A DNA stretch of 62,491 nucleotides, the filler included. It is 9 parts of 9 records of this genome, joined end to end, with 100 filler letters (N's around TTAATTAATTAA, not from the genome) between each part and the next. Parts side by side here need not be neighbours in the genome. Positions count along the whole stretch, not along the records: positions 21,668 to 29,961 come from SRR31156797_55577; positions 30,062 to 35,730 come from SRR31156797_55606; positions 35,831 to 41,642 come from SRR31156797_55619; 6 more parts are not named here. The stretch is one strand, 5' to 3'. Under the pieces are notes generated by a model. The model was not told the origin of the DNA and did not search any database. It was given only the letters and a program-made list of their open reading frames with translations. Of this stretch, positions 27,683 through 37,004 are shown piece after piece (the first letter of the stretch is position 1; each line of letters opens with the position of its first letter). Position numbers and translations under genes: made by a program.

Positions 27683-29701
27683 TTAAAAGAGTTCTACGTT
27701 ATCGCCCAGATCGTCCTCTTCATGGACCGCTTCACCCGAGGCGATGGGAAGCAATGCCATCGCTTCTTCGGCACTTTCATCTCCCTCCTTCTCTTTTTTG
27801 CCATCAGGCCCTTGGGTGACGGAATCATCCGGATCCCCCATGCGTCCCATGTGCCGCTCATAGACGTCCCGTTCCTGCTGCATTGTGTAGGTTCCGAGAA
27901 GTCTGTCGATTTCCCCTTGTGTCAGTTGGATCTCGTCCGCGCCCCGGGAAATCAGCATCCGGTCTATCTCTTCCAGCTCCAGAAGGTGTTGCGTCAATCC
28001 GTCAGCCAGGGCCGGGAGAAAGGCAAGGGCGTCCCTCGATTGGAAAACCGCCTTCTCCAGGGTCCCGGCACGCGCCAAGGCATCCGAAGAATCTTCATCA
28101 AACCGTGCGTATCCGCCGGAAATCTCTTGAATCGCCCCATCCAGGGACATATGGACACTGACCGCCCCGTCGCCGTTTTCCCTTTGGGCGCCTTCGGTCT
28201 GAAGGTCGTGAGCAGTGGCCTTAATGGCCCTAAGGGCCCCGTCCACATTGGATGCAAACGCGTTGGACTGGTCCGAGAGCCCCTTCACCTCCTGTGCGAG
28301 CACTTCAAGGGTCCTCCCCTCCGCACCCAAACGGGCCGCTTTCACGATGGCATTGAGCGCCATAAGCCGGGTCTCAAAACTGAAATGGCGAACGCCCTCC
28401 GTGTGCTGTGAGAGCCGGGCAGCGGCCACGGATGCCTGGATGGCCGCCTTCATCATTATGTCCACCAGGCCGTGTCCCTGACCCACAATGCCGTGGAGGT
28501 GCGTAAGCGCCCTTTTGAGGGGGGCAAACGGATCTTCCGGGTTCTCTTTCCGGACCGGAGAGACCCCTGCCTTGCCGGATCTGAGGAGTGAAAGGTTCTC
28601 CCTGAGGGTCTCAATCTCATTGCCGATCCCCGAGAAAGCCTTCGAGCTTTTTTGGTAGCCCTCCTCGATTTCAACGATCACTTCTTTTAACTGGACGATC
28701 TGAAGACGGACCACGGAACTGACAAAACCGATATTTGATTCAGCAGGGTCCGTTTCACCGTCGGATCCCTCATCCGCGTCCTGAACAAAGAGTTGACGAA
28801 GGCTGTGGGTGATGTGTTCGATCCTCTGGCGCATTTTGTCATGGAACTGAATCTCCACCACGATGTCGGAAACCGCCCTGGAAATCTCCCGGGACCGGTC
28901 GCCGGCCTTCCCCAGGATCTCGAGAGAGAGCGCCATAAAGGTCTCTATTTCACTGAGGGCATTCTGAACCGCCTGTTCAGCGTCATTTGCCAGCTCATGC
29001 AACCCGTTCAGGCTCGCGCCCATGTCGCCGTGGGCTGAAAGCTGGCTGGTCTTTGCGGCTCCGGCATCATCACGAATGCGTTTGGCAAGGCTCATGACCT
29101 TTTCAGAGAGCCTGTTGATCTCCTGGGCAACGATGGCAAACATCTCCCTTGAGGCGACCGATCTTCTGCTCTCCACATCAATATTCAAACCCACCACCCT
29201 GAGGAACATGCCGATCTTCTCTACCAGGTTGCACATACCATCAAGTTCACCCAATCCAACCACCATGTCATTGACCTGGCTCAGTTTGGTTGAAACCTCG
29301 GCCCGGCAGTTCTTGAGTTCATCCACCCCCCCCGTGGCAACCCCCCGTGCCTTCACAAGGAGGCTCTCTTCCGAGTCGCCCCCCATCATTTCAACAGCAT
29401 CGAGGGTTTGCCGGGTCAAAGCCGCGGCCTCGGAATGGATCGATTGGAGCTGCAACCCCATGTCCATGAAATCGGACTCAACGCCTTCGCTGGCGGCTTC
29501 CAATGATCCGGCAATTTCATTTAAGCGATGGGACACTTGGCCAACCTGTGGTGCGGACGCTTCAAGAGGAACGCTCTTCCCGGGGCCCCTCTTCCGAAAA
29601 AAAGGGTAAAAACGGCCTTGGCTCCGCGAGTTTCCGAATTGGCCCGAAAACCATTTCGCGGCCATATTCATTATCTCTGAACGTTTATGTGCAAATAGCA
29701 T
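27683..29701 (-). CDS. Soluble methyl-accepting chemotaxis-like protein with C-terminal NVELF pentapeptide
   Basis: Two signalling-like segments (VVGLNIDVES...FAIVAQEI; LMALNAIVKAARLG...LEVLAQEV), QFHDKMRQRIEH, no TM helix. The real start may be 29671. Confidence 0.8.
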   Translation of the reverse strand: MLFAHKRSEIMNMAAKWFSGQFGNSRSQGRFYPFFRKRGPGKSVPLEASAPQVGQVSHRLNEIAGSLEAASEGVESDFMDMGLQLQSIHSEAAALTRQTLDAVEMMGGDSEESLLVKARGVATGGVDELKNCRAEVSTKLSQVNDMVVGLGELDGMCNLVEKIGMFLRVVGLNIDVESRRSVASREMFAIVAQEINRLSEKVMSLAKRIRDDAGAAKTSQLSAHGDMGASLNGLHELANDAEQAVQNALSEIETFMALSLEILGKAGDRSREISRAVSDIVVEIQFHDKMRQRIEHITHSLRQLFVQDADEGSDGETDPAESNIGFVSSVVRLQIVQLKEVIVEIEEGYQKSSKAFSGIGNEIETLRENLSLLRSGKAGVSPVRKENPEDPFAPLKRALTHLHGIVGQGHGLVDIMMKAAIQASVAAARLSQHTEGVRHFSFETRLMALNAIVKAARLGAEGRTLEVLAQEVKGLSDQSNAFASNVDGALRAIKATAHDLQTEGAQRENGDGAVSVHMSLDGAIQEISGGYARFDEDSSDALARAGTLEKAVFQSRDALAFLPALADGLTQHLLELEEIDRMLISRGADEIQLTQGEIDRLLGTYTMQQERDVYERHMGRMGDPDDSVTQGPDGKKEKEGDESAEEAMALLPIASGEAVHEEDDLGDNVELF

Positions 29702-29782
29702 ATCAATAGGGTCTCTTGCTCTTCAGCATTTTGGTTAATACCTTGGCGACATCCATACCGTCCGCATGGGTAAGGAGACTAT

Positions 29783-29799
29783 AAGCAGGAACCGTGCCA
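29783..29799 (-). promoter_or_regulatory. Sigma54 (-24/-12) promoter of the che operon
   Basis: - strand TGGCACGGTTCCTGCTT (GG-N10-GC). Confidence 0.8.
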
Positions 29800-29911
29800 C
29801 AAGGTTAAACGGAGAGGTTTTATTCGACTTTTGTACATCTTTTCAATGAGTTATTAAATAACCCATGAGGAATGGGAATCACCCTGAATGAGGGTGGGGG
29901 GGAAACGGCAT

Positions 29912-29948
29912 GTCCAACAAATTGGACGTATGGTCCAACAAATCGGAA
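29912..29948. promoter_or_regulatory. Tandem enhancer-binding-protein sites (UAS)
   Basis: Palindrome GTCCAA-N4-TTGGAC (29912-29927) and imperfect copy GTCCAACAAATCGGAA (29933-29948), 21 bp apart; IHF-like TTTCAATGAGTTA at 29841-29853. Confidence 0.6.
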
Positions 29949-30141
29949 TCGGTTCAAAAAANNNNNNNNNNNNNNNNNNNNNNNNNNNNNNNNNNNNNNN
30001 NNNNNTTAATTAATTAANNNNNNNNNNNNNNNNNNNNNNNNNNNNNNNNNNNNNNNNNNNNTGCCCCTACACAATATTGTGCCATTATTTTAGCAGTTCA
30101 TTATAATAAAAAATAGAAATAATTAAGAGAAAGGAAGTAAC

Positions 30142-30624
30142 ATGAATATAAGAACAGCAACTATAGAAGATCTGAAAAGTATAGTGGAAATAGAGAGAGA
30201 ATGTTTTCCAATAGAGGAAGCCTGTACGGAGGAATCATTTAGAAATAGATTAACTGTTTATCCTAATCACTTTTGGTTACTTGAGATTGATGATAAAGTT
30301 ATAGCTTTTATAAACGGAATGCTTACAGATAAATTAACCATCGAAGATGAGATGTTTGAAAAATCTGAGTTACATGATGAAAATGCAGATTGGCAGGCGA
30401 TATTTGGAGTATGTGTAATATCTGAATATAGAAATAAGGGTTACGCCGGAATGATTATGAAGAGAGTGATTTCAGATATCAGAGCTCAAAATAAAAAAGG
30501 ATTAATATTGACTTGCAAAGATAAACTGATAGATTATTATGCTAAGTTTGGATATAAAAATTACGGAGTATCAAATTCAACACATGGCGGTGAAACATGG
30601 TATGATATGAGGCTTGAATTTTAA
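30142..30624 (+). CDS. GNAT family N-acetyltransferase
   Basis: IRTATIEDL, EYRNKGYAG, YYAKFGY, HGGETWYDM. Confidence 0.92.
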   Translation: MNIRTATIEDLKSIVEIERECFPIEEACTEESFRNRLTVYPNHFWLLEIDDKVIAFINGMLTDKLTIEDEMFEKSELHDENADWQAIFGVCVISEYRNKGYAGMIMKRVISDIRAQNKKGLILTCKDKLIDYYAKFGYKNYGVSNSTHGGETWYDMRLEF

Positions 30625-30652
30625 GAGTTTATTATATGGAGTTGAATAAATT

Positions 30653-31525
30653 ATGTCAAAGGAAGAAATAAAGAAAATAAAATTTAAGCAATCGCTTAAA
30701 ATGGAATTTGAAGTTATGGAAATATCAAGTATATATGAAAGAATGAAAAGAGGAGAGCTTAAATTTGATATAACAAAATTTCATAGACAGATGTTCTATT
30801 TAATTGTTTTAGTTCGATCGGAGTCAACTAAACATTTTATTGATTTTCAAAGCTTTGAAGTTGAAAAAGGTGATCTGTTGTTAGTAGGTGAAAATCAAGT
30901 TCATGCTTTCTCCAGTGAAAATAGATTAGATGGAAAAGGGATTATTTTTACCAGTGATTTCGCTGAGATAAATGAATTAGGCAGAAATTCATTTAAAAAA
31001 TTATTCAATCTTCATGTTATTAATCAACTGGGAAATGATCCGGCTGTTAGAGAACTCTTTAATATATTAGCTAATGAGTATGATTCTCAAACTCCAAATA
31101 AAACGGTGTTTTATAAATATTTATTGGGTTCATTATTAAGCAAAGTGGATCTTTTAGTAGATGAACAGGGATTAATTGAAACATCAAATGAGCAAACACG
31201 CATAATCTTAGATTTAGACAGATTAATAGAGAAATTTAACTATCAAATAAGAGATTCAGCCAGATTTGCAAAAGAACTGGGATATAGCTATAAACAACTA
31301 AATATTATATGTAAAACAGTAACAGGTGAAACGCTGAAGAGATATATTGATAATACAGTTATACTTGAGATGAAGAGGCAGATTGTGGCAAATAACATGA
31401 GTTTAAAAGAACTTTGTGTATTTTTCAATTTTGATGAAGAGACAAACCTGGTTAAATATTTTAAAAGAAATGTAGGGGTATCACCGAAGAAATTTAGAGA
31501 AAAGTATCATGACTTTAATGGATAA
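30653..31525 (+). CDS. AraC family regulator
   Basis: N-terminal cupin (HRQMFY...NQVH) and C-terminal FKRNVGVSPKKFR. Confidence 0.9.
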   Translation: MSKEEIKKIKFKQSLKMEFEVMEISSIYERMKRGELKFDITKFHRQMFYLIVLVRSESTKHFIDFQSFEVEKGDLLLVGENQVHAFSSENRLDGKGIIFTSDFAEINELGRNSFKKLFNLHVINQLGNDPAVRELFNILANEYDSQTPNKTVFYKYLLGSLLSKVDLLVDEQGLIETSNEQTRIILDLDRLIEKFNYQIRDSARFAKELGYSYKQLNIICKTVTGETLKRYIDNTVILEMKRQIVANNMSLKELCVFFNFDEETNLVKYFKRNVGVSPKKFREKYHDFNG

Positions 31526-31580
31526 TTTAGTTATTGTTTGAGAGTATATGTTCGAAATATTAAGAAATGTGTTAATAATT

Positions 31581-31622
31581 TCTCTGTAGTCTAATTTTAT
31601 GTATAGACTACAGAGATTTTTT
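31581..31622 (+). terminator. Intrinsic terminator
   Basis: 13-bp perfect stem TCTCTGTAGTCTA/TAGACTACAGAGA followed by T6. Confidence 0.85.
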
Positions 31623-31803
31623 AATGAAAATAAATAATTTTGGAAACGTTTTCTAGAATTGTAATAGAATTATCTTGGTGTTATTTTATTATAAATTTTT
31701 AATTCTGAGCGAAAAAATATCGATTTTATTATAAATTTTAATCAGATTAAACAAGAATTATGATTTGCATAGAAATGTGAGATATAAACGTAATGAGTTG
31801 TTA

Positions 31804-31852
31804 TTGACAAGATTGACTTAAAATAGTATACTTTTTACTGGAAACGGTTCAT
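31804..31852 (+). promoter_or_regulatory. Sigma70 promoter with a cre/LacI-like site at the transcription start
   Basis: TTGACA-N17-TATACT (31804-31832); TGGAAACGGTTCAT at 31839-31852; a second site TGGAAACGTTTTCT at 31641-31654. Confidence 0.7.
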
Positions 31853-31975
31853 TTTTTTAGAGGTGAAAGCTTAAGAGAAGAAGCTTATAGAAATATATAG
31901 ATATCCTATAAAACTTGAAAACTAGGAGTTCAAGGTTTTAGTACTTCAACAATGAGTAAGAAAGGAGTGATTTAG

Positions 31976-32749
31976 ATGTCAGAATATACCAAAAAATTAA
32001 TAATAATATCATTTTTTGGTTTTGTTTTCTACTTTTTATGTACGTTTATTTTAGATATTGTATTTGGAATATTTGCAAGGATTGGAATGCCTGTTAGTTA
32101 TACTATTAAGTATTTATCCATTCAATTTATAAATCATTCAAGATTTTTAGTTTGGATTGTATTAGGTTTGAAAATAACAAAAGGAAACTTATTTATCGAT
32201 GAATCACCTAAGTTAAATTTAAAAGTAATATTATTTGTGTGTGTTTTTTTTATAAGTATTAATTTAGTTTATAGAAGTCTTTATATGCGAGAAGTATATT
32301 TTAGTAAATTTAACCTAAATGACCTTAGATATATTCATTTAATTATTCAAGGAGTTCTTTTAGCTCCTATTCTTGAGGAAATAGTTTTTAGAAAGATTTT
32401 GCTAAGTTACTATAGAAAAAAATATTCAATATTCTTATCTATAATATTAACATCGCTTTTATTTACTTTAGTTCATGAGTTAGATTTTTATGTTTATATA
32501 TTGGTTTTTCCATTTAGTATATTTGTCTCTATTTTATATATAAAAAGTAATTCATTGTTGTTAGTTATTTTAGCTCATTCCTCCTTTAATTTGTTATATT
32601 CAATAAAATTTATTAATACAGAGTTTATAAACGTTCTTCAAAAAAATTATTTGCCTGTATTTAAAATAAGTTTTCCAATGAGTTTGCTAAGTGGTTTTAT
32701 TGTTTGGAGACTTTTAAAAGAGAAAAATAAAGAAATGATTAAAACATAA
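31976..32749 (+). CDS. CPBP/CAAX (Abi) intramembrane metalloprotease
   Basis: APILEEIVFR (EExxxR), FTLVH (FxxxH), AHSSFN (HxxxN). Confidence 0.9.
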   Translation: MSEYTKKLIIISFFGFVFYFLCTFILDIVFGIFARIGMPVSYTIKYLSIQFINHSRFLVWIVLGLKITKGNLFIDESPKLNLKVILFVCVFFISINLVYRSLYMREVYFSKFNLNDLRYIHLIIQGVLLAPILEEIVFRKILLSYYRKKYSIFLSIILTSLLFTLVHELDFYVYILVFPFSIFVSILYIKSNSLLLVILAHSSFNLLYSIKFINTEFINVLQKNYLPVFKISFPMSLLSGFIVWRLLKEKNKEMIKT

Positions 32750-32770
32750 ACAAAAAAAGGAGAAATTTAC

Positions 32771-33739
32771 ATGAAGAAATTGAAGTTATTACTATTTTTA
32801 TTATTTGCAATATTACTTGGTTGTAGTTCAGGAGAAGTAAATCAAAAATATATGGGAATAAGCGGAAATAGTGCTGTATCTAATTCTGAACTTGGCATTA
32901 AAGCAATAGAAGTAAAAGCAAATAATTATCTTAATGTGGTTATAGAAGATAATCCAGAAAAAATCCAAAAGACTTATGATTTTTTATCAGAAAATAATAT
33001 AGAATTTAATTCGTTCGACAGAACAAACTATAAACTTTTATCTGTTGAGAGCTGGAGTGAGCATTCTGATTTCCTAAATTACATAGGGCTAGACAAATAT
33101 GAAAGTGAGCATTTTCAATATTATACATTTAATAAGAAAAATCAAGTTAAAAAGCTTGAAAATATATATAATCGATTAAAAAATCAAGTATTACCTTTTT
33201 ATACAAATAAAAGTAACAGCCAAATTAAGTATGTAATTTTACCAACATATTTAGGACTTCCATTAGCACAACCACATCAAAATGTAATAGTTGATCCTTG
33301 GGATTGTAGTTCTTCGCATGAAGTTATTCATCAATTAGTAAGTGTTAAAAATCAAGCTTTTAATGAGGGGGTGGCACAAGCATATCAAAGAGAAGGAAAT
33401 GAAATAATGAAGAATCAAAACGTTAATTTAGTAGCGAAATATCAAATGGAGAATGGTTATAATATCAATGTATTAAGTATGATGGTTAATGGAACGAAGA
33501 ATCAAAATATTAATTATCATGCAATGGGTTCTTTCGTGTATTACAATTTTGAAGTACTAAAAAAATCAGATGAGTTTACAGAATTTCTTAAAAGCTTAGA
33601 TTATTCAATGAGTTCTCATAACATACGAAAAGAATATAAAGAACATTTAAATGTAGATATCAAAAAATCTATCTCAAATTGGAAAAAATGGCTAAAAACG
33701 ATAAATAGAAGTTCTGATATATACGCTGCTTGGAATTAA
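32771..33739 (+). CDS. Lipoprotein with gluzincin (peptidase MA-like) motif
   Basis: Lipobox LLGC; HEVIH followed by NEGVA. Confidence 0.7.
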   Translation: MKKLKLLLFLLFAILLGCSSGEVNQKYMGISGNSAVSNSELGIKAIEVKANNYLNVVIEDNPEKIQKTYDFLSENNIEFNSFDRTNYKLLSVESWSEHSDFLNYIGLDKYESEHFQYYTFNKKNQVKKLENIYNRLKNQVLPFYTNKSNSQIKYVILPTYLGLPLAQPHQNVIVDPWDCSSSHEVIHQLVSVKNQAFNEGVAQAYQREGNEIMKNQNVNLVAKYQMENGYNINVLSMMVNGTKNQNINYHAMGSFVYYNFEVLKKSDEFTEFLKSLDYSMSSHNIRKEYKEHLNVDIKKSISNWKKWLKTINRSSDIYAAWN

Positions 33740-33775
33740 TTTTTATAAAAAAATGCGAAATAAAATTAAAATATT

Positions 33776-33845
33776 AGGACGTATATCAATACGTCTCTAC
33801 TGTAGGGGTTTATTGACATAAACCCGATTCGAATAAATTTATTCG
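33776..33845. repeat. Back-to-back GTAG-family REP palindromes
   Basis: - strand GTAG-AGACGTATTGATATACGTCCT (33776-33800); + strand GTAG-GGGTTTATTGACATAAACCC (33802-33825); perfect palindrome CGAATAAATTTATTCG (33830-33845). Confidence 0.7.
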
Positions 33846-34103
33846 TATATTTATCCTGTTATTATAATATGATTTTAATTGAAAAATAAGAGTGTATAAG
33901 TTTTAGTTTCTAATTGATACATCTCTTCACTAAAAAACCTCAGAACTTAATAAAAACTTATACAGGTACGAAAATTACCATTTTTAGAATACTTTCTACC
34001 TACATAAAATTAGTAAAATTTCCTATAATTAGTGTATAAATATGCTACTTATGGGAAATTTTTTTTATTTAGAGTTTGACCGTAAGAAGAGGGGGAGGTA
34101 ATT

Positions 34104-34877
34104 ATGATTTTAAAGGAATCAACTGAGTATATACTGGAATACCTCTTAAATGAAAAAGAAGAGTATTCTAAAATTGAGATGCCTGAGGGTTTAGAGAAGA
34201 AGAAAGTACTTATTAGACATTTGATGAATGTAAGAGAGGCACTTCCCGTTACAAATGAGTTTTTAGAAATACAGGATAAATATCTCAAAGAGATTAATAA
34301 ATCTATTGTTAATTCAGCTGAGCTTGAAACAGTAGTAAGTAATAGCAAGATAGCTATTTGGCAGGGAGATATAACCCAGCTAAAAGTTGATGCAATAGTA
34401 AATGCAGCGAATAATCAAATGCTTGGCTGCTTTATACCGGGGCATAGATGTATCGATAATGCAATCCACTCTGCTGCAGGAGTTCAACTTCGATTAGCTT
34501 GTAATGAATTTATGCAGGAGCAGGGACATGTAGAAGCTACCGGAAGTGCGAAGATTACCAGTGCATATAATTTGCCATCAAAATATGTACTTCATACTGT
34601 AGGGCCTATAATTACTCATAAAGTTTCTTCTGAGGATATTGATGACTTAATGAACTGTTATCTGTCTTGCATGAAACTAGCTGAGGATAATGGAGTGGAG
34701 TCAACTGCATTTTGCTGTATATCAACCGGTGAATATAGATTTCCAAATGATTTGGCTGCGAAAATAGCTGTAAAAACTGTGGAGAATTATTTAGAAAAAA
34801 GTACTAAAATAAAGAAGGTGATTTTTAATGTTTTCAAAGATAAAGACTACGAAATATACAGTGAACTCCTTAAATAG
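34104..34877 (+). CDS. Zinc-type macrodomain protein-ADP-ribose hydrolase
   Basis: GDIT, AIVNAAN, GCFIPGHRCIDNAIH (Cx4HxC), HTVGP, CCISTGEYRFP. Confidence 0.92.
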   Translation: MILKESTEYILEYLLNEKEEYSKIEMPEGLEKKKVLIRHLMNVREALPVTNEFLEIQDKYLKEINKSIVNSAELETVVSNSKIAIWQGDITQLKVDAIVNAANNQMLGCFIPGHRCIDNAIHSAAGVQLRLACNEFMQEQGHVEATGSAKITSAYNLPSKYVLHTVGPIITHKVSSEDIDDLMNCYLSCMKLAEDNGVESTAFCCISTGEYRFPNDLAAKIAVKTVENYLEKSTKIKKVIFNVFKDKDYEIYSELLK

Positions 34878-35709
34878 TGAAATTAAGAAAGCAAAAAAAT
34901 GGATAAAAGAAGCAGATTGTATTGTAATTGGTGCAGGAGCAGGGCTTTCGGCATCAGGAGGTTTAAATTATACAACTGAAGACCTGGTTAAAAAGTGGTA
35001 TCCGGAATATTATAAAATGGGATTTACTTCTATCTTCTCTATTATAGGCCATTACTGGAGTATTAAGGATTCTAATCCACAGAGATACTGGGGATATTGG
35101 GCAAGGCATATTAATAATATTAGATATGAATCGGAACTTACGAAACCTTATAAGCTCTTATATGAATTACTAAAAGATAAGGATTATTTCATAATCTCAA
35201 CGAATGCAGACGGGCAGTTTGATAAATCGGATTTTCCCAGAGAGAAAATCTTTGCACCGCAAGGAAATTATAGTTATTTGCAGTGTATAGAGCCGTGCTC
35301 TAATGAGGTTTATGATAATGAAAAACTAGTAAAGACAATGATTAAAAATATAATATCTCCATTTGAAATAGATAAAAAAGATATCCCAATGTGTCCAAAT
35401 TGCGGGAAACACTTAGTTCCAAATTTGAGAATTGATGGAACTTTTGTAGAGAAACCGCATATTCATAATATAAAAGATTACGAGAATTATATAAATAATA
35501 ATCAGGGTAAAAATATAGTGTTTTTGGAGCTGGGCGTGGGATACAATTCACCCGGGGTGATTAGATACCCGTTTGAAGTAATGACGCAAAGATTTCCAAA
35601 AGCTAAATTGATAAGATTAAATAAATCAGATGCTTTTACTAATAATAATTTAGAAAGTAAAGCTGTTACTATTGGTGAAGATATTACAGAAATATTGGAA
35701 AAATTATAA
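34828..35709 (+). CDS. Class M sirtuin (SirTM) ADP-ribosyltransferase-like protein
   Basis: IGAGAGLSAS, STNADGQF, PQGNY (Gln in place of the catalytic His), CxxxC...CPNC, ELGVGYNSP; adjacent to a macrodomain gene. Confidence 0.88.
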   Translation: MFSKIKTTKYTVNSLNSEIKKAKKWIKEADCIVIGAGAGLSASGGLNYTTEDLVKKWYPEYYKMGFTSIFSIIGHYWSIKDSNPQRYWGYWARHINNIRYESELTKPYKLLYELLKDKDYFIISTNADGQFDKSDFPREKIFAPQGNYSYLQCIEPCSNEVYDNEKLVKTMIKNIISPFEIDKKDIPMCPNCGKHLVPNLRIDGTFVEKPHIHNIKDYENYINNNQGKNIVFLELGVGYNSPGVIRYPFEVMTQRFPKAKLIRLNKSDAFTNNNLESKAVTIGEDITEILEKL

Positions 35710-35830
35710 TGATTGTCTAAATCTAAAGCANNNNNNNNNNNNNNNNNNNNNNNNNNNNNNNNNNNNNNNNNNNNTTAATTAATTAANNNNNNNNNNNNNN
35801 NNNNNNNNNNNNNNNNNNNNNNNNNNNNNN

Positions 35831-36962
35831 GCATGACACGACCGCGGTGCCCAAGCCTGAGACAGAATGGAGATAACGTGCGGTCCATCTGGATGTCAGT
35901 GATCAGGATGTCCTCAAGCGTTCCGCCATCGACTGATTGCAGTGAAATACCCGAGATGCCGAGTCTTCGGTGACGCGAACGAACCTCGGCAGGAGGACCG
36001 CCGATCGTGCAGTTCCGGATCAGCACTCTCCTGAAGTCGCCCTGTGAATCGGTGCCGAATTTGATGGCGTTACAGGTGCTGAAGAACGTACAGTCCTCTA
36101 CAAGCACATTCTCAAGATCTCGCAGGCTGGCTCCCTTGAAACATAATCCATCATCCTGGGAATTCATGAAGCAGTTTCGAACAATCACGTTTCGACATCC
36201 GTCTATATCCACTGCGTCAGTGTTCCAGTTGTCAAGATTCTCAACCGTGATGCCATCAATGATGATGTCTTTGCACGCAAGATAGTTCTGCATCCAGGCA
36301 GCGGCGGTACGAAGAGTGATGCCCTCCAGAACAATCTGATTGCATTCAACCATCCGGATTAGAAAGGGGCGGCCAGGCAATTGATGGTTACTCACCTTTC
36401 CAGGAAAGTTCTCGTGTGTGCCGCGCCCATTGATTTCACCCTTGCCCCGGATACCGATCCGCTCGCATCGTTCGGCATAAATGAGAGACTGGGTGAGATT
36501 CATGTTGGAATCCATGACGGTAGGGCGTTTCGTGATGCGATCCGGATAGTCTGCGAGATCGAGACTGCCGATGAGTTTTGCCCCTTCGCTGACTTCGAGC
36601 ATTACTCCGCTTTTCATGTCAAGCGTTCCAGTGACGTATTCGCCTTTGTCCACGAGTACGATGCCACCTCCCGCTTTCGAACAGGCATCGATTGCCTTCT
36701 GAATGTGGATGGTATTTACTACGTTTCCATCTCCGATCGCACCATAGTCAGAAACCCGGAATGTCTGATCAGGCACCTGCCACTTCTTGAGAGAAGTTTT
36801 CAGTGTGGTTTCCATGTCCTGCAAAGACTCCCGAAGTTTGTTTTCCCATTCTTTCGGTTCACTGCCATATGCGGGTGAAACCATTATTGTAAACAGGCAA
36901 ATCAAAGCAATGACGATACAAACGGTATGTTGGACAAGAGATTCGGTTTTTCGGTTTTCCAT
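35831..36962 (-). CDS. Glycoside hydrolase family 28, secreted; 3' end cut by gap
   Basis: DYGAIGDG, NTDAVDIDGC, QDDGLCFK, NAIKFGT; signal peptide. Confidence 0.88.
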
Positions 36963-37004
36963 TGTTGACTCCAGGTTTTATCTGAATTTTGATTATCCTT
37001 GTTT

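Noticed and set aside
34860-34880. Programmed +1 frameshift fusing macrodomain and SirTM
   Set aside because: SirTM has its own Shine-Dalgarno and ATG, and no recognised bacterial slippery site is present
34828-35709. SIR2 anti-phage NADase (Thoeris/DSR type)
   Set aside because: The motifs and the Zn-macrodomain partner fit class M sirtuins; no TIR, SLOG or HerA partner is visible
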